Shown piece by piece: positions 57,371 to 64,000 of a stretch of DNA of 64,000 nt. The notes under the pieces are model-generated. The model was not told the origin of the DNA. It ran no database searches and saw nothing but the letters and a program-made list of their open reading frames with translations. Within the stretch, counting starts at the first letter, position 1, and each line of letters opens with the position of its first letter. The position numbers and the translations under genes are program-made. This stretch comes from a virus, in IMG/VR virus record IMGVR_UViG_3300027969_000043, positions 1 to 64,000 of that record. One strand, 5' to 3'.

Positions 57371-57399
57371 TTTTTATTTCTTTAATAATAAATATATTA

Positions 57400-60036
57400 T
57401 TATGGGCAAACAACAACGCTGCTACCCTTAATTGTAACATTAATTGATGAAACCAATCCTTTTGAATCTTTAATAGTACATACATACGTTCCAGCTTTTA
57501 ACCCTGTATAGCTTGTTGTTGTTGTAAATGCTGAAGTACCAACTTTATACGTATAAGGCGCTGTTCCACCAGAACCACTTAAAGTTATTGTCCCATCATT
57601 TCTAGTTTTACATGTTGTGTTTGTTGATGATACCAATACAACATTTGGTGTTGCTGAATATTTGTATAATCCAATATCCATCGTACTAGTTAAAGGTGCA
57701 CCAGCAAAATCTTTATTAATTCCACTAATCAATGAACCATTACCAATACCATAACTCCCAGGCACCAAAGTAAAATCCCAATTTTCAGGATTTGGTGACG
57801 TTGTATTTTTAAATATTTGTTGTGAACCAGTATAAAGCACTTCTCCTGAATTTAAACTTGCGCCATCTCCGAGTCTAGAAACATTATTAAAACTTGTTCC
57901 TTGTCCTGTAGGGAATGTATGTGAAAACCCACCATTCACATAATAGATATTGTTTTTTCTTTTTATTCTTGTTCCATTAGAATTTGTGACTCTACTATCA
58001 GGATAAATTAATTGTAGTCCAGTCGTACCCCAAATAATATTATTTCTCATGTCGATAAGTGTATCGTAATCATTACCATAACATGCTGGACCTGAAAAGA
58101 ACGCAAACAATCTATCATTATCTGCATTGTTATCAAAACCACCATAGTAACCACTTGACGATGGATTGTTTGGTTGACTCCACCTAATACCCTTGGTAGA
58201 TAATGGCGGGAAAGCCAAAAATTCTACATCAACTCCTGTTCTTTGCGGCGCTTTGTCTAGTGTTATTGAATTTACACCTAAAGATGTTACTGTTGCATAA
58301 TCTCTATCCCCACCAGCAAAATATGGTGGGACCGCTTTTTCAGGTCCGTACACTGTTGACCCCACTTGAATACCATCCATTCTTGATAAGGATGTTATTT
58401 GGTTTGAACCTGATGTAAAGGTACCTGTCGGGTCAATATTTCCAGTTGTTAAAAAATTCGCACCCCAAAACCACCATTTAAAATCTTGGCCATCACCATA
58501 CACATCACCACCAAATCCATTACCTGAAAATCTACTTTTGTCGTTTTCTACAACTATATTATTCCAAATTCTTATATTATATTGCGCTGCGGCAAAAACA
58601 TCACCACAAGGTAAATGTAAACTAATAACATCCAACGAATTTATTATTAAGTTAAATGCAATTGTATCGTTATTCATACCTGAAGTAATATCATCATTGT
58701 CTATGCTTCCTGCTTCAATAAAACTACTACAGTCGATTACTTTATTATATACTATTTTTGAATTTTGTAAATTAAACACGTCTAAAGTTATACCACCCAT
58801 TCCTTGTGTTGATGAATTTCTACCTGATTTGGCCCAAGCACCTTTAAAATAATTATAACTAATTTCCAGATTTTTACCATTTAAAGCTTCTATTGCGCCA
58901 GCTAATACATCATTAATCCCAAACGTATCAACCGTACTTTTAAAGTTGGTGAATACATTTTTAGTAATCTTACTATTAAAAGCACTTACTGAACCAATAC
59001 CGAATGACATATTACTAAAATAACAGTTTTGAACTGTAAAATTAAATACACTACCTTTTCTATCACCATAATCTCTGTTAGTGCCCCAAATTGTATCGGT
59101 ACCATTAACTTTAGTGTCTTGGTATTCACCCATTAACATTCCACCGTAACTATACGCAGGATTTTGTTTATCGGCAACAGGAAAACGGGTATCATTAAAT
59201 TGTAACCCATCTATTATTATATTGCTAACACCACCAAATTGTGCAACCCAGTGAGTGGGACCATCTTTATATGGGGATTCAGCCGTTGGAAAAACAAAAT
59301 TAGGTAATGGCAAAGACTTGTCACCATAACTTGAAAACACAATCGGTTTTTCAGGTGTTCCACTAGGTGCGGTAAAATCGTCATACGGCCTATCAATATA
59401 TGAAAAACTCACAAAATTAAAATAACCAAGGGTACCATCATATCCGTTTGCAAACATGTCACCTCTTTTAAACAGTATTGAATCACCAGGCAAGAAAGTA
59501 ACATTTGGACTTGATGTCATATTTTGAAGAGCAATCAACGTTTTTTTAGGTGTACTTGGTGATAAACCATCATTATCATCGTTACCTGAAGTACTAAAAT
59601 AGTATTTTTTATTTGGGCCAGCAGCAAGTGTTGTAAATGTAAGTTCATTACCATACGAAGTATCAACAGCATTTATAGCAAACGCTCTGATATAATAAGT
59701 TGTTGATGGTAATAATGGCATAATTCCACCACCACCATCTGGATAATTCGGTGGTATAACGGCAACAAAATGATTAACATAAGGACCAGTACCTGTAGAA
59801 GGATAACCTAGTCTATAGTATTTAACATAAGGGCTTAATTTTGGATTTGGAGAAGTACTCCAAACAACACCTCTTTTTGTTACTGGAGAACCCCCATCAC
59901 TTGTTACATTACCACCACTTTCTGCTCTAAGTGCCTCAATACGACTTATCGCATTAGTTGTAACCGTTGGCGCTGTTTGACTAAAACCAAAAATCGTTAA
60001 TAAACTTAACGTTAATACTAGTAATACTTTTTTCAT
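57400..60036 (-). CDS. Secreted right-handed beta-helix protein with an FN3-like N-domain and a C-terminal SprB-like repeat
   Basis: Signal peptide MKKVLLVLTLSLLTIFGFS|Q. GVVWST...YYIRAFA.N...YG (FN3-like). YYFSTSGNDDNDG.SP.TP.KTL beta-helix start. TTC...DGTITL..SGGTAPYTY (SprB). Confidence 0.72.
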   Translation of the reverse strand: MKKVLLVLTLSLLTIFGFSQTAPTVTTNAISRIEALRAESGGNVTSDGGSPVTKRGVVWSTSPNPKLSPYVKYYRLGYPSTGTGPYVNHFVAVIPPNYPDGGGGIMPLLPSTTYYIRAFAINAVDTSYGNELTFTTLAAGPNKKYYFSTSGNDDNDGLSPSTPKKTLIALQNMTSSPNVTFLPGDSILFKRGDMFANGYDGTLGYFNFVSFSYIDRPYDDFTAPSGTPEKPIVFSSYGDKSLPLPNFVFPTAESPYKDGPTHWVAQFGGVSNIIIDGLQFNDTRFPVADKQNPAYSYGGMLMGEYQDTKVNGTDTIWGTNRDYGDRKGSVFNFTVQNCYFSNMSFGIGSVSAFNSKITKNVFTNFKSTVDTFGINDVLAGAIEALNGKNLEISYNYFKGAWAKSGRNSSTQGMGGITLDVFNLQNSKIVYNKVIDCSSFIEAGSIDNDDITSGMNNDTIAFNLIINSLDVISLHLPCGDVFAAAQYNIRIWNNIVVENDKSRFSGNGFGGDVYGDGQDFKWWFWGANFLTTGNIDPTGTFTSGSNQITSLSRMDGIQVGSTVYGPEKAVPPYFAGGDRDYATVTSLGVNSITLDKAPQRTGVDVEFLAFPPLSTKGIRWSQPNNPSSSGYYGGFDNNADNDRLFAFFSGPACYGNDYDTLIDMRNNIIWGTTGLQLIYPDSRVTNSNGTRIKRKNNIYYVNGGFSHTFPTGQGTSFNNVSRLGDGASLNSGEVLYTGSQQIFKNTTSPNPENWDFTLVPGSYGIGNGSLISGINKDFAGAPLTSTMDIGLYKYSATPNVVLVSSTNTTCKTRNDGTITLSGSGGTAPYTYKVGTSAFTTTTSYTGLKAGTYVCTIKDSKGLVSSINVTIKGSSVVVCP

Positions 60037-60061
60037 TTTTTTTATTTTTTTAATTTTTTAT

Positions 60062-61036
60062 TTAACAATTAGTTACATCTATAGTCCATCCACTTGAAAC
60101 CAGACTTGTATATGCGCTATATCCTAATGTATTGGCAGATAAACAACCATTACCAGTTTGATTAAATAATGTTATTGTATTTGGATTTTGCCAATACGTA
60201 GTTGCACTCAATTTAATTAATGTGTTAGTTATACCACTATTAGGCAACGAATTATCGTTCAAATATATATACGAAATAAAATTAGGGAATGGATTACCTA
60301 ACGACCATGGATTAAATGTTGATATTGAATTATAACTTAAATCTAACACCTGCAATCTGCTAGGTAATGGTTGATACGGTGTAAAATTAGTTATTGAATT
60401 ATAGCTTAAATTTAATGTTTGAATACTTGGTATTGGTAATGATGGGTCATAATTTGTGATTAAATTATTATTCAAATAAAGATTTGAAATACCCAAAGGA
60501 AAAGGAACTGTTGGGGTGAACCCTGTCAATAAATTATTATTTAAATATAAATCAGTCAGCCCTTGTGGTAAACTAGTCGGTGTAAATGCTGTTACACTAT
60601 TATACGATAAATCCAACGTTTGAACCGAACTAGGTAATGTTGAAATTCTACTATCAAAGTTATTGATTAAGTTACCACTTAAATTTAAATACGTTAAACC
60701 ACTTAAATTCTCTAAACCTATTATATCCCTTAATCTATTATTACCATACCCTGAAGATATGTCCAAATTGTTAATTAATATTGGGTTGTTAATAGCTGTT
60801 GATGCGGTATAGTTACCGTTAATTGAATATGTGTGTGATGGTGTATAGTTATCAGAACTTAAATATGTATTTTGAGAGCCATCACCCCAATTTACTGTCA
60901 TTGTGAAATTAGAGGAGCCCTGAACAAAAAAGTTTAACGAATTACCTGTTGAATTAAAAACAAATTTTAATTGTCCTTCCGTAGATGCAGATGTTTTATA
61001 TGATGAGGCTGTTAAACCAATATAAAATAATTTCAT
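60062..61036 (-). CDS. Leucine-rich repeat protein with an N-terminal PKD-like module
   Basis: VNWGDG...SHTY motif, then repeated L..L.LSYNSIT.F.P...LP units. Confidence 0.8.
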   Translation of the reverse strand: MKLFYIGLTASSYKTSASTEGQLKFVFNSTGNSLNFFVQGSSNFTMTVNWGDGSQNTYLSSDNYTPSHTYSINGNYTASTAINNPILINNLDISSGYGNNRLRDIIGLENLSGLTYLNLSGNLINNFDSRISTLPSSVQTLDLSYNSVTAFTPTSLPQGLTDLYLNNNLLTGFTPTVPFPLGISNLYLNNNLITNYDPSLPIPSIQTLNLSYNSITNFTPYQPLPSRLQVLDLSYNSISTFNPWSLGNPFPNFISYIYLNDNSLPNSGITNTLIKLSATTYWQNPNTITLFNQTGNGCLSANTLGYSAYTSLVSSGWTIDVTNC

Positions 61037-61039
61037 ATT

Positions 61040-61411
61040 TTATTTTTTTATGCTCCCTTCTAAGACATTTATAAATAATTCTTCTCTAATTGGAACAACC
61101 AACGTTCCACTACCATCTAAAAATTCTATCGTAAAAGTACCAACATATCTTCCAGCCTTTTCAGTATCCCTTTCAGAAAATTGATAAACTAGATAATATT
61201 CCTCACCAACACAATCAACAGGTATTACAAGTTGGGTACCAGCAATTTTTCTACCGATTCTTTTAACGCCTGTTGTTACATCAGACATACTAAAATATAT
61301 TGTTGCATTTTGAATTTGTTCAAAAAATCTTCTGAAATCATTTCTACCATCTTGAATTAGCTCAAGCTTTAGGATAGGTAATGTTGCGCCTTTATTTATA
61401 AAAAATTCCAT
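61040..61411 (-). CDS. BppU-like (baseplate upper / fibre-anchoring) domain protein
   Basis: FFINKGATLP.L, Y.F...DT..AG.Y.G.F.I.F and L.VP....L.I.V pattern. Confidence 0.55.
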   Translation of the reverse strand: MEFFINKGATLPILKLELIQDGRNDFRRFFEQIQNATIYFSMSDVTTGVKRIGRKIAGTQLVIPVDCVGEEYYLVYQFSERDTEKAGRYVGTFTIEFLDGSGTLVVPIREELFINVLEGSIKK

Positions 61412-61425
61412 ATATTATTTTAATA

Positions 61426-64000
61426 TTAATCATAAACTCTTATTTCTATCACAGTATAATAGGTATCGCCAAATACCCTATCTGAGGTTGCCTTAGCTAC
61501 TTGTATTTTACTTGAATCTACAAAATTGGTAAACATAAAACCATAAGTAGCTACTGTTATATCACCCCCACCCTTAGATACACCACATGTAGCAAAAATT
61601 GCCGTTTTATCAGTAGTAAATGGTGTACCAGTAGATGCGCTAATTGTTATTACTTTTACACTCCTATCGTAAACTACACCAATTGTTGTGTTAAGTTCAT
61701 TTTCTAAAACAATAGGATAACCAGCAGTCATATTATTTCCAGAATCTATATCAACCGCCGCAACATATCTTTTATAAGGGTTTATTGTTCTCCACATAGT
61801 ACCATCATACAACTGGAGACCAGCATATCTCCTTGTAGGAGTACTTCCAGAGGCATCTGAATGAACAATAAGTCCTTTTGCTGGACTACTTGGCAAATCT
61901 CCACTACCTACTCTTGGTGGTAAAAAACCTTTAGATGTTGATGTTAAATCTAATATCGCACTAGAATTTGGTTTATTAATGCCAATACTTACAGCACTAC
62001 CAGTAATTGCGGTAAATATTGAACTTGAAACATCGTTTGAATTACATCCAGTCCCAAATAAAACACCACCTATATTAAACGAATTTACTGTACCCGAACT
62101 TAATGTTATATTAGTACCAATAATAATATTATTGTTACCAAATCCACCACTAGAAGCAGCTTTACTACCTATTATGATACTTGAGTTAGATGTTGTTCCG
62201 CTACCAGCACTAGGGCCAATAATTATTGTGGATGCGGCTGTTTTTACATTCAACCCCGCATTAACACCAATTGCTATCATGTTATCACTAGTACCAACAC
62301 CAGACCCAGCTAAATTTCCAATAAAAATACCATTAGTTGTACCTGTTACACCTTCACCAGAATTACTACCAATAAAAATACCCCTGTCAGCACCTGTTGA
62401 ATTCTTACCAGCATCAGCACCAATCATAACTGCATTTGGGGCGATATCACCAGCATTACCAGCATTACTTCCAATCATAACTGCGGTACTAGAACCATTT
62501 GCTCCGACACCAGCATTAGTACCAATAAAAACAGAACCACTAGAAGTATGAGCTAATTCACCAGCACTAGTACCAATATACACCCCATTTAGGCTTGTAC
62601 TACCCGTAATACCCCTAGCTGTTCCATTACCTATGATTACAGATGATGTTGAATTTACCGAGCTTTGACCTGCTTGGTATCCTATATATACACCCTTATC
62701 GTTATTTGAGGATGATTTAAGAGCCTCATACCCAATAGCAATACTATATTCTGATTTACCCGTTAAATTGGTGGAATTATCACCAGCACTTCGACCAATA
62801 AATGTTGAACCACTAGCACTTGTTGCATTTTTACCAGCGTCCTCACCAATAAATAGTGAGTAGCTAGCGTTAGTTGCACCACTACCAGCATTTTTACCTA
62901 TAAAAGCCGAACTAGTAACAGAGCTAGCACTCCAACCAGCACCAGAACCAGCAAAGAATGAATAAGTTGCACCAGTAGCACCTTTACCAGCGCTAACGCC
63001 AAAAAATTGAGAATTATTAGCAGATGTTGCACCATAACCCGCCTGACTACCAATCATTATTGAGTTATTTGCGCTAGTACCACCTAATCCACTTTGTGTA
63101 CCAATAAATGTTGAATTACTAGCGCTACTAGCATTAGAACCAGCACCAACACCAATAAATGTTGAATTATTAGCGTTACTGGATTGATAACCAGCTTGGT
63201 CACCGATAAATAAAGAATTATCGGCAAAAGTTGCACCAAAACCACTTCTATCACCAATAAATGTTGAACCACTAGCGTTAGTGGCTGATGTACCAGCGCT
63301 TAAACCAAATACAAACATACTGCTAGCTAAAGCTTTAGCTCCATTACCAAAAGCTATAGAACCAGTACCTGTAGCTACTGGAATAACAGCAGGTGGTGTA
63401 TTATTTTCATCGTACCAATAAAGTGTTGCACCAATATTACCAAGAACATTACCACCAGTTATATCAGTAATGCTCTTAAACGAAACACTTCCGTTAGATT
63501 CTCTTGTTAATAACTGAGGAGCTGTAGTACCACTAGAAATACCAGATAATGTTAATGTATTTGCAGTTAAACCACTAGTAAATACCGTACCACCACTTAC
63601 TGTTCCACCACTTAATGGAAGATAAGCACCTGAAGCAGACGACGAACCTGTATACGCAGATAGGCTTATTGTAAATGCTGAATATCCGTCTGTTCTATTT
63701 TGAGTTAAGGTTATTGTATTTGATGATAACGTAAACCCTGTTACAAAAGTATCTGCAGTAAGATTACCACCACCTATATCATTAATGTTTTTAAATGAAA
63801 CATTTCCGTTAGATTCTCTTGTTAATACCTGAGTAGCAGTAGCAGCACTAGAAATACTAGACAATGTTACATCACCACCAAAATATGTTGTACCTGTTTG
63901 AACCTTTAACGCATATGTATCACCTGATACATTAGACCCCTTTATTGGTGCACCAGCAATGTATACGTTACTTAAAGCACTATACGTAACACCAGATGTA
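61426..64000 (-). CDS. Tail fibre / adhesin with YadA-head-like beta-roll repeats; 5' end lies beyond the window
   Basis: The frame stays open from 63999 (TSGVTYSALSNVYIAGAP...). Many ~17-aa (N/S)S.FIG..AG repeats, the shared DTFVTGFTLSSN cassette and SAILDLTSTSKGFLPPRV. Confidence 0.78.
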   Translation of the reverse strand, partial: TSGVTYSALSNVYIAGAPIKGSNVSGDTYALKVQTGTTYFGGDVTLSSISSAATATQVLTRESNGNVSFKNINDIGGGNLTADTFVTGFTLSSNTITLTQNRTDGYSAFTISLSAYTGSSSASGAYLPLSGGTVSGGTVFTSGLTANTLTLSGISSGTTAPQLLTRESNGSVSFKSITDITGGNVLGNIGATLYWYDENNTPPAVIPVATGTGSIAFGNGAKALASSMFVFGLSAGTSATNASGSTFIGDRSGFGATFADNSLFIGDQAGYQSSNANNSTFIGVGAGSNASSASNSTFIGTQSGLGGTSANNSIMIGSQAGYGATSANNSQFFGVSAGKGATGATYSFFAGSGAGWSASSVTSSAFIGKNAGSGATNASYSLFIGEDAGKNATSASGSTFIGRSAGDNSTNLTGKSEYSIAIGYEALKSSSNNDKGVYIGYQAGQSSVNSTSSVIIGNGTARGITGSTSLNGVYIGTSAGELAHTSSGSVFIGTNAGVGANGSSTAVMIGSNAGNAGDIAPNAVMIGADAGKNSTGADRGIFIGSNSGEGVTGTTNGIFIGNLAGSGVGTSDNMIAIGVNAGLNVKTAASTIIIGPSAGSGTTSNSSIIIGSKAASSGGFGNNNIIIGTNITLSSGTVNSFNIGGVLFGTGCNSNDVSSSIFTAITGSAVSIGINKPNSSAILDLTSTSKGFLPPRVGSGDLPSSPAKGLIVHSDASGSTPTRRYAGLQLYDGTMWRTINPYKRYVAAVDIDSGNNMTAGYPIVLENELNTTIGVVYDRSVKVITISASTGTPFTTDKTAIFATCGVSKGGGDITVATYGFMFTNFVDSSKIQVAKATSDRVFGDTYYTVIEIRVYD

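Noticed and set aside
981-63272. The many other 60-240-aa ORFs nested in or antisense to long genes (e.g. 22394-23113, 61979-62551)
   Set aside because: They lie fully within well-supported genes, lack motifs and are explained by codon bias.
1-64000. Alternative genetic code (stop codon reassignment)
   Set aside because: Code 11 gives intact genes at high coding density, and TAG (21886, 50860) and TGA (47304) act as plausible stops.
1-64000. tRNA or rRNA genes
   Set aside because: Intergenic gaps are short and AT-rich, and no cloverleaf or T-loop signatures were seen by eye. tRNAscan-SE would confirm.

Overview
This 64 kb window is part of a large, AT-rich, contractile-tailed phage (jumbo myovirus-like). 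Most genes are on the minus strand and the standard genetic code gives full-length ORFs. Replication and recombination genes: partial class II RNR, DnaB/gp41 helicase, 5'-3' exonuclease, RecA/UvsX, gp32-like SSB, SNF2 helicase, glutaredoxin and family B polymerase. Virion genes: baseplate hub with cell-wall enzymes, tube initiator, tape measure, tail chaperones, tube, sheath, neck and terminator proteins, plus many fibre and adhesin genes. A Bacteroidota host is inferred from TTG-N19/20-TAnnTTTG promoters, no obvious Shine-Dalgarno motifs, a SprB repeat, a Q-rule signal peptide and an SSB tail ending DDLPF. Main findings: (1) the 1636-aa tail sheath carries an ~800-aa insertion of exactly seven ~92-aa repeats followed by exactly seven ~19-aa repeats, which suggests a nested (A7B7) domain stalk; (2) a candidate +1/-2 programmed frameshift at U7 in the tail assembly chaperone; (3) a baseplate protein with M15 peptidase, transglycosylase-like and SGNH esterase modules; (4) two promoter classes, including a phage motif ATATTTAT(A/T); (5) an unannotated leaderless 34-aa ORF; (6) shared cassettes among the fibre genes. 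All assignments come from motif reading by eye; no searches were run.
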